Below, one piece after another: positions 26,901 to 32,883 of a stretch of DNA of 64,000 nucleotides. Origin of the DNA: an uncultured Verrucomicrobiota bacterium (GTDB lineage Bacteria; Verrucomicrobiota; Verrucomicrobiia; Limisphaerales; UBA1319); the NCBI GenBank assembly GCA_964409245.1, contig CAYPCQ010000005.1:30879-94878 (forward strand), in the 5' to 3' direction. Every line of letters starts with the position of its first letter. Within the stretch, counting starts at the first letter, position 1. Made by a program: the position numbers and the translations under genes. The notes beneath the pieces were generated by a model. That model made no database searches. It was not told the origin of the DNA and saw nothing but the letters and a program-made list of their open reading frames with translations.

Positions 26901-29900
26901 CGGCGGTGTCAGCGCCTTTGGGATGAGCGGAACCAATGCCCATGTGGTTGTCCGTGACCACGCGGTGGTGGACGCTCCACAGCCGGATCTTCCTGGCCAT
27001 TATCTCCTGGCCTGGTCAGCCAAAACCGCGGAAGCCTTGCGTGAGAGGATTTTGCAGTTTGCGCACTGGATCGAAACGCGGCGTTTCACAAATCAGCAAT
27101 TGCCGGCCATCAGCCGCACTTTGCTGCTCGGAAGGCATCCCTTCGCCCATCGTTGTGCCGTCGTGGTGCGCCATCTGGAAGAGGCGGCTGAGCTGTTGGC
27201 GGCGATCGGGAAATCCCCTCGTCCCGGGGTTTTTGAGGGGACCGTGGAAAAAGCATTTCGATCCGGTGGAATGGCTCCGGAGCGGGATGGCCTGCCGCCC
27301 GCCAAGTTCCTCCCGGCCGATGGCCAATCGGTTGGTTTGGCGGACTCCCTGCGCCTCGCGGCGGAGCAATGGTGCCGGGGAGCAGAAATCGACTGGGCGC
27401 AGTTCTTCGATCAAAGCCATCCCCAGCGGCTGCATCTGCCAGGCTACCCGTTTTCAAGGCGGCAATACTGGCTGGAATCGGTTGCTGATTCCAAGGCCAT
27501 AAAGGAGGAGCCGATGGCGGCTCGGAAAGCACCGACTACAACCTGGTGGCAATTGTCCGCGGCGAACGCTGAATCGGTCCAGCAACTGCTCGCGGCCCAA
27601 GCGGGGGACATGGATCGCCACCTGGCGGGCTTGCTGGCGGCTGCGCTCCATAGTCTGGGGCTGCGGGAAGAGGATCAACGGCTGGTTCAATCAACGGCCA
27701 GGAAGAACCGACCCGCCTATCTGGAGCGCTGGCTTGAAGAAAGCCGCCGCTTGCTTGGGGAGTCGGGCGAATCCGGGGCCGGGGTGCGGCCGCTGGCGCC
27801 GGTGTGGGCCGAATGGGATGCCGCCAAGGCTCGCTGGATGGATGATGCCTGCTTGAAGGCCCAAGCCAGCCTGGTGGAACATTGTTTGCGGGCCCTGCCC
27901 GAAATCCTTCGGGGAGAGCGCCGGGCAACGGATGTGCTGTTCCCGGATTATTCCGTGGAATTGGTGGAAGCCGTTTACCGCGACAACCCGGTGGCCGATT
28001 TATTCAACAATGCCGTTGGCCAGGCCGCGGCCGCCTGGATTGAGCACCGGCTCGGGCGGGATCCGGGCGCCCGGATCCGGGTGCTGGAAATTGGGGCCGG
28101 CACCGGTGGGACCACCGCGGCCGTCCTGCCGCTGCTGGCGCCTTTCAAAGAGCATCTCGAGGAATACTGCTACACGGACATTTCCAAGGCCTTTCTCATC
28201 CCGGCCGGGTCGAAGTTCGTTCCCGCGCATCCGTTTGTGGTCCCGCGGCTCTTTGATGTCTCCCAGCCCGTGGCTGGACAAGCCATTGCCCCGTATTCCT
28301 ACGACCTGGTGATTGCGGCCAACGTGCTGCATGCCACGCCGGATATCCGGCGGGCGATCCGGAATGCGGGTTCGACCTTGCGTCCCGGTGGGGTATTGAT
28401 ACTCAACGAACTGAGCGCCAACGGATGGTTTACGCACCTGACCTTCGGCCTGCTCGAGGGGTGGTGGCTGCACCAGGACGCGGCGCTCCGGCTGCGCGGC
28501 TGCCCCGCTGTTGCATCCGATACGTGGCAGCGCCTGTTAACCGGGGAAGGTTTTGTCCAGGTTCACTTTCCCCTGGAGCAAGGGCACGGCCTCGGCCAGC
28601 AGGTCATTGTGGCGGAGAAGTGTGGAGCGCTCCCGGAATTGCCGGTGGGCGGCCTGGGTGATGCCCCCAAGCCAGCCAGCGCCAAGGTCGGCCCCGAAGC
28701 CCCGGCGGTGGCCGGTGGGAAAGCGTTGGGCAAACTGGCCATCGACTATTTCAAGAAGCTGGTTGGGGCCGCCTTGAAGATGGAGGCGAATGACATTGAT
28801 CCCGCGGCCCCCTTGGAGGGGTATGGCATGGATTCCTTGATGATCGGGAAGGTAATGGCGAGGCTCCGGGAGGCATTTGAGGATATCCCCAGCACGCTGC
28901 TGTTCGAGATCCAGACGGTGGCCGCTTTGGCGGAATACTTCCTATCCCACCGCAAGGCGGAAATGATGGACCGGCTGGGTTTCAAGCCCGCTGCCGCTGA
29001 AAGCCCCCGGCCGGCAGCCCCAGGAAACGGCCATGAACCGGGAGCGATCACCCGGGCCTGTCCGCCACGTGCCCAGGCCACACCGGCCGGCCCGCGGGAA
29101 GCCATCGCGATCATCGGCCTGAGCGGGCATTTCCCTTCCGCCCCCGACCTGGGAACCTATTGGGAGAACCTGAAGGCGGGCAAGGATTGCATCACGGAGA
29201 TTCCGCCTGAGCGCTGGTCCCTGGACGGTTTTTTCCACCCCGATATGGAAGAGGCGATCGATGCCGGGAAGAGCTACTGCAAATGGGGTGGCTTCCTGGA
29301 AGGGTTTTGGAACTTCGATCCGCTCTTCTTTAACCTCTCCCCGCGCCTGGCCCTCGAAATCGATCCCCAGGAGCGCCTGTTTGTGCAGGCCGCCTGGGAG
29401 GCTCTGGAGGATGCTGGCTGCACCCGGAATGCCCTGGCTGAACAATACGATAGCCGCGTGGGGGTTTTCACCGGCATTTCGCATACCGAGTTCAATGTGC
29501 TGGGTCCGGATTTGTGGCGGGCGGGCAAACAGATCTACCCGCGGACTTCGTTCGGGTCCGTGGCCAATCGCGTTTCGTTCCTGTTCAACCTGAAAGGGCC
29601 GAGCGTGCCCGTCGATACGATGTGCTCCTCCGCGCTCACCGCGATCCACGCGGCTTGCGAGTCCATCCTGCGGGGCGAGTGCGCCCTGGCCATCGCTGGC
29701 GCGGTGAACCTCTGCCTCCACCCCTCCACCTATGTGGCCCTGTGCGCTTCCCGGCTGCTTTCCAAGAGCGCCAAATGCTGCAGCTTTGGCTTGGGGGATG
29801 ATGGCTATGTCCCCGCCGAGGGCGTTGGGGTGCTGCTCCTCAAGAAGTTTTCGGAAGCGGTCCGGGACCGGGACCGCATCCATGCGATCATCCGCGGCAG

Positions 29901-32829
29901 CGCGGTGAACCATGGGGGGCGCACCAACGGATATACCGTTCCGAATCCCAACGCGCAGGCGGACGTCATCCGCCAGGCGCTCGATCAGGCCGGCGTGAAC
30001 GCGCGGATGGTGAGCTATGTGGAGACGCACGGCGCCGGAACCAAGCTGGGTGACCCGATCGAGGTCCTGGGATTGACGCGGGCCTTCCGGCAGGACACCC
30101 CGGAATCCGGTTTTTGCGCCATCGGTTCGGTCAAATCGAACGTGGGACACCTGGAGGCGGCGGCCGGCATGGCCGGAATAACCAAAGTGATCCTCCAGAT
30201 GCAGCACCAGCAGCTGGTGCCCAGCCTGCATTCCGCACAGTTGAATCCGGACATCAAGTTTGAGGAAACACCGTTCATCGTGCAGCAAAAGCTGGAGCCT
30301 TGGCAGCGGCCAGCCCTGGAGATTAACGGAGCGACCATGGCTCAACCGCGGCTGGCCGGCATTTCGGCCTTTGGAGCCGGCGGATCCAACGCTCATGTCA
30401 TCGTAGAAGAATATGAGGATGTGCGTCCGGGCGGCAGCCAGGGCGGGCCGTGCCTGATCGTGCTTTCGGCCCGGAACCAAAACCGGCTCAAGGAAATGGC
30501 CAGGGCTTTGCGCCAATTCGTTTCTGAAAGCCCGGACCTGGATTTGGCGGACCTCGCCTACACGCTCCAGATCGGACGTGAAGCGATGGAGGAGCGGGTT
30601 GGCTTCGTGGTGGAATCCATGCCCGATTTGCCAATCCGCCTCACCGCCTTCATGGAGGACCAGCCCGATGTTTTCACCCGCAGCCAATCGCGGGTGGACA
30701 AGGCTGCCGCGGAGCGGTTCCTGGATGAGGCGGACCTGGCTGGCCTGGTCTCAAAATGGGTCGAAACCGGGGATTATGTCAAAATCCTGGAAGTTTGGAT
30801 CCGCGGCTATGGCCTCGATTGGAACCAGCTTTACCCCGCCGGGGCGCCGCGGAGAATCGGGCTTCCAACCTATCCGTTTGCCAAAGAGAAATATTGGTTC
30901 CTGGATACGCCACCCCGGCTGAATCGCGACGAGCTGGCGGTCCAGCTTGAGTCGCCGGAGGCGCCAGCCGATTCATGGCTCGTGTTCCGCGAAGAATGGG
31001 ATACGCAGGAGCTGCCAGATCCGTTGGATTGGCGGGAACGCCTGGCTGGACATGCGGGCAAACACATCGCCATTGCCGCGGTGGATCTGGCGGAAGCCGA
31101 GGCCCTGGCATCGTTCCTGCGTCAACTGGAAGCAGAGTCGTTGTCTGCCCAGCCCTTGCGGATCTCCATCCTGGGAATGGATCCTGAATCCAAGATTGCC
31201 GAAACTCCCGAGGTGGTGTTGTTCCTGGGGCCGGGCATCAAGGACCGGGCAACCGTCGAGCCATCTGAAAAGGATCTTTCCGCCGTGTTCCACCTCAGCC
31301 GCAGGTTGATGAACTCTGGTTGGGATGAGCCTGTGGCCATCTACTATCTTTATGAAAGTGGTGGTGGCCAGCCACGCGTTGATTGCGAGGCCCTGGCCGG
31401 TTTCGTCCGCGCGGCGATGAAGGAAAATGAGCAGCACCTTTGGACGCTGATTGGAGATTATGGCCGTGATCCCAGCCGGTCCCGGCCGCAGTTGCTGGTC
31501 AGGGAATGGCTCCTGGGTTCATCTGGTGGTGGCGAGATCCGGTATGCCCCGGGCCAGCGCCTGGTCCGGAGGCTGGCCGAAACCAGACTCCCGCCGCAGG
31601 CCCGGCTGCCGTTCAAAGACCATGGGGTTTACCTGCTGGCGGGCGGCCTGGGTTATTTGGGGATGCAATTATCCCTCGAACTTGCCCGCCGATATAAAGC
31701 AACCCTGGTGCTTTTGACGCGGGGCGCCCTGGATGAATCGCGCACCGCTCATTGCCGCAAGCTGGAGGCGTTGGGAGCCAAAGTCATATTTGAATCGGTG
31801 GACATCACGGACCGGGATCGCCTGGCCGCAGTTTACGCGGATGTGGTCCGGCGGGCTGGCCCCCTTAATGGGGTGTTCCACCTCGCCCGCCACCATGAGG
31901 ATCAGCTGATCGCCCGCAAACCTTGGCCATCCTTTTTGCGGGTGATTCAGCCGAAAGCCCATGGGATGTTATACCTGGACGAATTGACGAAGGATCAGCC
32001 GCTGGACTTCTTTGCCGTGTTTTCATCCCTGGGGGCTTACGGGGTTCGCGGAGCGAGCGATTACTCCTATGCGACCGCTTTTCAGAATGCCTTTGCCACA
32101 CTGCGCAACCAGTGGGTGCGGGAAGGCCGGCGCTCAGGCACTACCACCGCCATGTGCTGGGGGCCGTGGTTGGAGGATCATTTATTCCCGGAGTCGCGCA
32201 GCCGGCTGGTCGATGCCGGATTTGCGCTGATCGAAATGGGGTCTGGATTCCAGGTGCTGGGGGAGGCCCTGGCGGGTGGGGTGACGCCGCTGGGATTGGT
32301 CAAAATCCGGGATGGAGCGAAGGTCAGGGGGATGTTCGGCTTGGCGGAAAGCCATCCGCCAGTGGTCGCAGGCGGGGACCTGGCTGGCCTCGATCAGTTA
32401 TTGGGGCATTGGGAGCAGCGCCGCTTGCAGGGGGAGGATGTTTCCGAAGCGGTGGCGGAGCGCATCACGCTGGATGAGCTGAACGTTTTGCCGGGGGCGC
32501 TGATCCAGCGGGTGGACCGATTGCTTTTCGGAACGAATGGCAAGGGTGGCGCCGCGCCTGCGGAGGCGGTGGTGGAGGAGGCCCAGCCGAAGCCCAGCAA
32601 CGGTGTCGATGCCAGGGAGGTTGCCAAGGTTATCCGAACCTTGCTGGCCGAGGTCTTGCATTTGACGGAGATCGATGATGAACGATCGTTTATGGATTAC
32701 GGGCTGGATTCCATCGCCGGCATGCAGTTGGCGGTGCGGTTGGAAAAGCGGCTCAAAAAGGAAGTTTCGCCGCAATCGTTGATCGGCTTCCCCACGGTGG
32801 CCGAGCTGTCAAAGCATTTGGTCCCCTGA
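11995..32829 (+). CDS. trans-AT PKS subunit, 6944 aa from this start: KS0-DH-ACP, KS-ACP, KS-KR-cMT-ACP, KS-KR-ACP, KS-cMT-ACP, KS-KR-ACP
   Basis: The track ORF 11890-32829 has a 5' extension that overlaps gene 1 and translates to Arg/Gly-rich junk. The first ATG after the gene 1 stop is 11995 (MGNMPNLAEKRTQIEALLRDAERS, a helical docking-like N-terminus). Alternative starts are TTG 11983 (6 nt after GGAGG 11972-11976, overlapping the TGA stop as TTGA) and ATG 12004. Stop is TGA 32827-32829. Confidence 0.93.
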   Translation: MGNMPNLAEKRTQIEALLRDAERSKPAVAPPQPSVVPESRPLAPAPMAIVGLAGKYPGAETIDDFWASLIGRRNCIQEMRGERAEEFAILGGGRNGQEDLRIKHFGLLKEIHRFDAPFFNISRREAEVMDPHMRLLLETVWTCIENAGYRPRSLDRQTGVFTSFYNYEFADLLRELEVEAASEAYLAAGTTGAIFANRISFLLGLNGPSEVYNTACSTALVALHRSIQAICAGDCRQAIIAGVSLLLTPGRVVALSGMGILNTTGVCNPYSYPAHGEVIGEGVGAILIKPLAQAVADRDYIYAVVRGTDVNHHGDRSGRLTLPSADALADLLAATYRKLGIRPGNLRYVEGHGAGAEADVIELRALQRFLEKAGFKGGKVPVGSVKGNIGFGEASGGMAQLAKCALAFHHGQLPGTLHFDQADPVFDLSHSLLEIQTANATLDHGGAEDCMSILAYGLGGTNAHVVVSGYTPMPAGFDAPAKPYPMLFSAGSEGALAEYLRQLGEHLRVATNWSRYRAICGSDPAVLWCVARTLAGRERHAQCRVAFLVDNLAVFQQCLVDYLAGTPNGRIIRSGEPAIAAGSEPGLAAAVRWVNGENAAGEDHFGGGSHQKLPLPGIPFGGDVYRLPLSRRPAQPARLKIEDRWVVTRDNHGTAVELELCLEDYFIAQHLVEGVAIMPAAGYLALLFRIARQVLRQESGAIENLAWIMPFEIQGGPATMRFEIAESGAFRIYHKELDRLCCKGRWLHLSDTLATACHPHVKADQLEGFLPVVDKSLYWAAANAPETRQFHGPALRRLAAIHQVGDQLVGIMDPLDGEASLPEIAFIDSALGTCRGFSLSVPGGAQAVVPFAVERIHWLRPVDTSRKGYAAVKERRDALGRYDISIENGAGAVYAVLEGYYPKPFTRLAPTGGTAQPSAVTPAPPPKAVQPLMDCLLSEFRQRIAAFLKCQVAEVPLDESLAPLGLDSIGINTLTDQISQRLGFDLPATVFFEYAHLRDLVEYLVHDFQAELEAFAAKNAGTSGMEGAAMVQPAETSLPLPTRNDQSRVGGAADIAVVGMGGLFPGARNVHELWEKISSGQDLIIEMPEPRRQSVYRVYADALRDLKGIYGGFVEDADKFDAAFFGFTEAEVMAMDPQQRLFLEAAWAAIEDAGYFPPALSGRKVGVYVGAIVNDYSAYLNDVGYPVSMFHEGTGSSLAGIANRLSYLLNWTGPSQAVDTACCSSLYAIDRAVNDLLKGDCEAALAGGVSFVCTAAGYEMYAAMDYLAKDWRCKAFAAGGNGWSKAELFGAVFLKRYEDAIRDRDPIYAVIKATGTNHGGKGYFYTQPNSGRHVELMREVYRKAQVDPRSIIHIEAHGSGTEMGDALEFNSISRALREFAAEKGVQLPANRCGLGSIKSNFGHAEAGAGIAGFIKTVLLLHERSLPPTLHIENVNPHLRLSQSPLFLVDKARTFAEHDGATPGEPHSAGVHSFNFSGAAAHALVAEHLAGGENGSLGLSRFPVCISAKTPRALAAYCRELAQFLKKAPAAPGWFDRAVFTINRTKSFFPCRCGFIVHSAGDLIAQLEAEASSGNNRTLPAGSKPARSGKADYPSLGDGNVELLLERWLGEADFDWSLVLKPFSLVCLHLPTYPFEHDRSYFPQAAAGAARIATRPESVAPIPSAVSAPVPVQPAEPALSGTVEDQLAGILGEILAVSPSAIDLDQSVGEYGFDSLKIVALSEALNKHFGLQTVPPDLFEFSTPREMLALVAPADQTRSKSLAAPVGRPASGRDDIAIIGMSGQFPGASDLEQFWQNLVAGRDSITEIPPDRWDWKSIFGDPRREAGKTNVRWGGFIEDVPVFDPLFFHISPLEAQAMDPQQRLLMMYVWRAIEDAGHRPSSLAGSHTGLFIGTGSTAYSAWVAAGEAAREGYSSTGSIPSIGPNRMSHFLDLHGPSEPVETSCSSSLVAIHRAVSAIKAGECGLAIAGGINTIITPDDHIGFSKAGMLCEDGRCKTFSATANGYVRGEGVGMLLLKSLSAAEADGDHIYGVIRSSVVNHGGRATSLTAPNPKAQAELLRAAYSKAGIDPRTIGYIEAHGTGTPLGDPIEINALTQAFKALYEAAGAPGVREAHCALASVKTNIGHLELAAGVAGVIKVLLQLRHGLLVQGLHCERINPYIKLEGTPFYLLQENRPWPQVMGGDGRPLPRRAGVSSFGFGGVNAHLVLEEYVPPAEARPAAAGPLRPQLVLLSARNPERLQETVRNLHGFLLRHPGTAAGDLAYTLQIGREEMEARLALSAGSIEELQVKLQQVINGQNDVEGCLRGLVAGPDGGSGQASLTLPPDSQTDPGRLAAHWVNGGRVDWGTSQAGFRRISLPAYPFARERYWRGEAARAAIGLPAAESEATVFIPQWEDAGSWVQPTALRAPSTLVIVQSGTAFGLPQALTEHCRQRFPGAAILRIQVGDQTGSGSAGEWLCGRDDAGGFEACLRDCASIDSLFFIANEEPLDPDWPAQDEVQLLRLAKAVKRRLSGADQAACFILTVDNYRVADSAVHPRGGGLTGLVYAIAQGDHRLQVRNIDLSAADADRRESLPALLDAVLSEPPSHRGEVIKFCAGQRYLQTLIPLAWPDGSPKGFRHNEVYVILGGSGLVGDMVTRILIQRCQARIIWLGRSPEDHPGIRARLDSYQGLPGKPIYRQADALDLASLRGAVERIRADYGEIHGALFAGNVFSFDNSVAETTELDFTRILEIKTKGSLNFVEAFKEVPLGFMCFFSSAQAYSFSGAASLSAYAAGITFTDSLVRSLWESAAFPVGTVNWGFWESSREGPSAVGNAGFLDAATGVDALDRFIGLLRERVLNQILCLKTSPAVRGLMPIHGDRLTLASGTVVVENQAALARAGYVGYERPPLADIPGADEFEAWMVKLLEAQIRDMALPAGEEAAVTPGLRLWLRQTRRLLEEKRALVDASAGADSVWAAWELRKPVLRQERQLQAQILLAEECLRKLPAALRGEIRPTEILFPAGSMEKVEPVYADNSQFTYFSTVVADAVLAFLEQQREFDPGFRVRILEIGAGTGGTTAVVLASLRGWEPFIEEYCYTDVSRAFLAHGERRFASGRPFLKFQLLDIEQAPAASEDGWGTCDLVLAANVLHATKDIRRTIRHAKAALKRHGQLILDEIAGPSIFAHLTFGLLPGWWRFEDSALRIPGSSGLYPETWQRVLREEGFETIAFPAREAHRFGQQVIVAGSDGVIRLEKRAGREADEKTVEKQEAAKPTGANPGLAGGSVKQRITGILSEFLRIPESQLSAGTPFSDYGVDSILGINFVDRLSAELGLSLNSAILFEHSTIERLSAFLAENYPDQIPAGRSQAAVSPAASMPAATAPKKPDFQAGMGTGEIAVIGMAGQFPGAKDVEALWRNLVDGQAVVQDLPAHYLDAGQVFDGFDKAREWSCRRGGILEDRACFDPLFFNISPREAESMNPHQRLILQESWKALEDAGINPRSLGGAKAGLFIGAEPCGYEHESFTGASDAIIASRLSYFLDLKGPALVVNTGCSSSAAAIHLACESLRHGESQLAIAGGVFAVLGQELLVRLSAMDMLSPTSACHSFDAAADGTVFSEGVGVVVLKRLADAIADGDPIYGVIQASGMNQDGASNGITAPNGKAQESLLADVYRRFHIDPERFSYVEAHGTGTRLGDPVEANALARAFRQFTARRHFCAVGSVKAALGHASAAAGVIGLIKVLLMMRHGKLPGMPHFKQLNPLIEFENSAFYVNETAQDWPAASGLPRFAAVNSFGHSGTNVHLVVRSHEAPLPVASAGGPQVIVLSAKDGDRLQEAAGRLASFVEQNPACDLRALACTLQVGRESMRERLALIVHEAAELPAKLKAWIRGECPVAACWRRTADPQDRAMHLLQADEASRDLPARWIAQGKLDLLAELWTLGADVDWQLLYQHNRPVRLRLPTYPFAREHYWAPKPGPGSGPAALLPRQPAEEERILCFEENWEPFAANASPLDPPANRIQTLVCLLSDPHHQDAFSRAMHALAPSARVVFLGQADVGPGRDAEAFGKAWSKVGPCDAFIYLWPVEDRRLITDILPLAGLLQAVSKGGNKPGRVIFAGGYADGLERCHLESWIGIERSLGLVLPEVQAAVLSVQAGISAPVSMATWADRVWRMLAQDKLESVRYEDGIGHALRIREMKLAAASAPRLDGKTILITGGCGGLGLRMAKWLAAKWRVNLVLTGRSPWSSGLQGMLAGIQPVGCRVHYGQADVCDAQAMAAALQEARNKLGPIHGVIHAAGIKDTRTVFEKSPAELQAVMDPKVKGTLVLDEVLAQDPLEFVCYCSSSAAILGDFGACDYAMANRFQVAYAAHRNLLAAEGRRQGKTRVICWTMWSGTGMGSRGGDETAVCLKASGQRPLRPEEGLELFGQLLAQDKGQCIVLAGKAAQVRRALRCDSGPAAPVRNGAQPAGAPAAILAPGILEEKLLSDLGEQLSQLFKIPTARLGSSQNFADFGIDSIGLAELARLLSKRYGIALSPSVFFGHSTLAAVTRYLCEKHTVIFNPQPSIPENTAAEPSPLPVPEPSGHQPSKVPEPIAIIGMSGRFPGARGVDEMWQILFEGRNAVTAMPADRFEQPAGSGGMKGDQDQASRPCCGCIPGVREFDPVFFEISPAEAEEMDPRQRLLLQEGWNALEDAGFGPEHLARQRIGMFVGVEEGDYPRRAAEGSITANHTGILAARLAYFLNLKGPVMAINTSCSSSLVAVHQACQTLRSGECEAVLAAGVNLILDPDNLLAMAQAGMLSPDGTCFAFDRRASGMVPGEAVVAIVLKPFRRAVADGDPIHAVILGSGINYDGKTNGITAPSGVAQAELLRKVWEKAGVQPQQIGYIVAHGTGTRLGDPVEVNALAEAFNGAPTAPAQCALTSCKTNFGHTFAASGLVNLVALVQAMRHQTIPASLHCRELNEFIHWDGCPFYVSVANQAWRSSPGRARIGGVSAFGMSGTNAHVVVRDHAVVDAPQPDLPGHYLLAWSAKTAEALRERILQFAHWIETRRFTNQQLPAISRTLLLGRHPFAHRCAVVVRHLEEAAELLAAIGKSPRPGVFEGTVEKAFRSGGMAPERDGLPPAKFLPADGQSVGLADSLRLAAEQWCRGAEIDWAQFFDQSHPQRLHLPGYPFSRRQYWLESVADSKAIKEEPMAARKAPTTTWWQLSAANAESVQQLLAAQAGDMDRHLAGLLAAALHSLGLREEDQRLVQSTARKNRPAYLERWLEESRRLLGESGESGAGVRPLAPVWAEWDAAKARWMDDACLKAQASLVEHCLRALPEILRGERRATDVLFPDYSVELVEAVYRDNPVADLFNNAVGQAAAAWIEHRLGRDPGARIRVLEIGAGTGGTTAAVLPLLAPFKEHLEEYCYTDISKAFLIPAGSKFVPAHPFVVPRLFDVSQPVAGQAIAPYSYDLVIAANVLHATPDIRRAIRNAGSTLRPGGVLILNELSANGWFTHLTFGLLEGWWLHQDAALRLRGCPAVASDTWQRLLTGEGFVQVHFPLEQGHGLGQQVIVAEKCGALPELPVGGLGDAPKPASAKVGPEAPAVAGGKALGKLAIDYFKKLVGAALKMEANDIDPAAPLEGYGMDSLMIGKVMARLREAFEDIPSTLLFEIQTVAALAEYFLSHRKAEMMDRLGFKPAAAESPRPAAPGNGHEPGAITRACPPRAQATPAGPREAIAIIGLSGHFPSAPDLGTYWENLKAGKDCITEIPPERWSLDGFFHPDMEEAIDAGKSYCKWGGFLEGFWNFDPLFFNLSPRLALEIDPQERLFVQAAWEALEDAGCTRNALAEQYDSRVGVFTGISHTEFNVLGPDLWRAGKQIYPRTSFGSVANRVSFLFNLKGPSVPVDTMCSSALTAIHAACESILRGECALAIAGAVNLCLHPSTYVALCASRLLSKSAKCCSFGLGDDGYVPAEGVGVLLLKKFSEAVRDRDRIHAIIRGSAVNHGGRTNGYTVPNPNAQADVIRQALDQAGVNARMVSYVETHGAGTKLGDPIEVLGLTRAFRQDTPESGFCAIGSVKSNVGHLEAAAGMAGITKVILQMQHQQLVPSLHSAQLNPDIKFEETPFIVQQKLEPWQRPALEINGATMAQPRLAGISAFGAGGSNAHVIVEEYEDVRPGGSQGGPCLIVLSARNQNRLKEMARALRQFVSESPDLDLADLAYTLQIGREAMEERVGFVVESMPDLPIRLTAFMEDQPDVFTRSQSRVDKAAAERFLDEADLAGLVSKWVETGDYVKILEVWIRGYGLDWNQLYPAGAPRRIGLPTYPFAKEKYWFLDTPPRLNRDELAVQLESPEAPADSWLVFREEWDTQELPDPLDWRERLAGHAGKHIAIAAVDLAEAEALASFLRQLEAESLSAQPLRISILGMDPESKIAETPEVVLFLGPGIKDRATVEPSEKDLSAVFHLSRRLMNSGWDEPVAIYYLYESGGGQPRVDCEALAGFVRAAMKENEQHLWTLIGDYGRDPSRSRPQLLVREWLLGSSGGGEIRYAPGQRLVRRLAETRLPPQARLPFKDHGVYLLAGGLGYLGMQLSLELARRYKATLVLLTRGALDESRTAHCRKLEALGAKVIFESVDITDRDRLAAVYADVVRRAGPLNGVFHLARHHEDQLIARKPWPSFLRVIQPKAHGMLYLDELTKDQPLDFFAVFSSLGAYGVRGASDYSYATAFQNAFATLRNQWVREGRRSGTTTAMCWGPWLEDHLFPESRSRLVDAGFALIEMGSGFQVLGEALAGGVTPLGLVKIRDGAKVRGMFGLAESHPPVVAGGDLAGLDQLLGHWEQRRLQGEDVSEAVAERITLDELNVLPGALIQRVDRLLFGTNGKGGAAPAEAVVEEAQPKPSNGVDAREVAKVIRTLLAEVLHLTEIDDERSFMDYGLDSIAGMQLAVRLEKRLKKEVSPQSLIGFPTVAELSKHLVP
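12133..15005 (+). other. PKS module 4 (non-elongating): KS0-DH-ACP
   Basis: KS spans about 12133-13405, with Cys in YNTACST (12640-12642) and EGHGAGA retaining its His. The xNIGH block reads GNIGF (Phe 13165-13167), so the second His is lost. DH spans about 13905-14710 (HLVEGVAIMP, His 14002-14004; FIDSALG). ACP spans about 14795-15005 (LGLDSIG, Ser 14896-14898). Confidence 0.85.
15151..17245 (+). other. PKS module 5: KS-ACP (no reductive domains)
   Basis: KS spans about 15151-16455 (VDTACCSS with Cys 15658-15660, EAHGSGT, SNFGH). It is divergent: GWSKAE replaces the usual (V/I)PGEG, and NFSGAAAH replaces GxGGxNAH. ACP spans about 17038-17245 (GEYGFDSL, Ser 17134-17136). Confidence 0.8.
17311..21995 (+). 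other. PKS module 6: KS-KR-cMT-ACP
   Basis: KS spans about 17311-18625 (ETSCSSS, EAHGTGT, TNIGH). KR spans about 19150-20530 (EVYVILGGSGLVG, FSSAQAY, SAYAAGITF). cMT spans about 20640-21690 (RILEIGAGTGGTT 21133-21171, ANVLHATKDIR). ACP spans about 21790-21995 (SDYGVDSIL, Ser 21886-21888). Confidence 0.85.
22117..25590 (+). other. PKS module 7: KS-KR-ACP
   Basis: KS spans about 22117-23360 (VNTGCSSSAAAIHLACESL, EAHGTGTRLGDPVE, KAALGH, FGHSGTNVHLVV). KR spans about 23900-25270 (KTILITGGCGGLG, CSSSAAI, CDYAMANRF). ACP spans about 25370-25590 (ADFGIDSIG, Ser 25477-25479). Confidence 0.85.
25705..28945 (+). other. PKS module 8: KS-cMT-ACP (no KR)
   Basis: KS spans about 25705-26961 (INTSCSSS, VAHGTGT, TNFGH). 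The KS linker ends at LHLPGYPFSRRQYW and runs directly into the cMT helical lid. cMT spans about 27530-28620 (VLEIGAGTGGTT 28081-28116, ANVLHATPDIR). ACP spans about 28738-28945 (EGYGMDSL, Ser 28834-28836). There is no Rossmann GxGxxG block between KS and cMT. Confidence 0.85.
29098..32820 (+). other. PKS module 9: KS-KR-ACP (paralogue of module 3)
   Basis: KS spans about 29098-30415 (DTMCSSA, ETHGAGT, SNVGH). KR spans about 30960-32200 (HGVYLLAGGLGYLG, FSSLGAY, SDYSYATAFQNAF). ACP spans about 32617-32820 (FMDYGLDSIAG, Ser 32710-32712). Confidence 0.85.
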
Positions 32830-32873
32830 AATCAAAACGGTGGCAATTACTATGAAAAGGATTTCTGCCCGGC

Positions 32874-32877
32874 AGGA
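32874..32877 (+). promoter_or_regulatory. Candidate Shine-Dalgarno (AGGA) for gene 3
   Basis: AGGA lies 6 nt upstream of ATG 32884, in the only intergenic gap longer than 20 nt. The other junctions lack a clear SD at proper spacing for their ATG. Confidence 0.4.
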
Positions 32878-32883
32878 TTGAAC

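Noticed and set aside
28942-30687. Long minus-strand ORFs, for example 28942-30687 (581 aa), 33163-34890 (575 aa), 11812-13386 (524 aa), 44076-45308 (410 aa), 38728-39867 (379 aa), 47227-48354 (375 aa) and many shorter ones
   Set aside because: They lie antisense to + strand sequence with unambiguous, ordered PKS motifs. Their translations are Arg/Gly/Pro/Ala-rich with no recognisable family motifs. Stop-poor antisense frames are expected in GC-rich coding DNA. I treat them as shadow ORFs.
32852-32881. A 9-codon micro-ORF (MKRISARQD, stop at 32879-32881) in the 54-nt gap between genes 2 and 3
   Set aside because: It is too short, has no SD of its own, and overlaps the SD and start region of gene 3. 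There is no basis to call it a leader peptide.
32830-32883. The only sizeable intergenic gap, checked for a terminator or promoter
   Set aside because: I see no GC-rich hairpin followed by a T-tract and no convincing -35/-10 pair. The gap is slightly AT-richer and carries only the AGGA SD candidate, so read-through within one operon is more likely.
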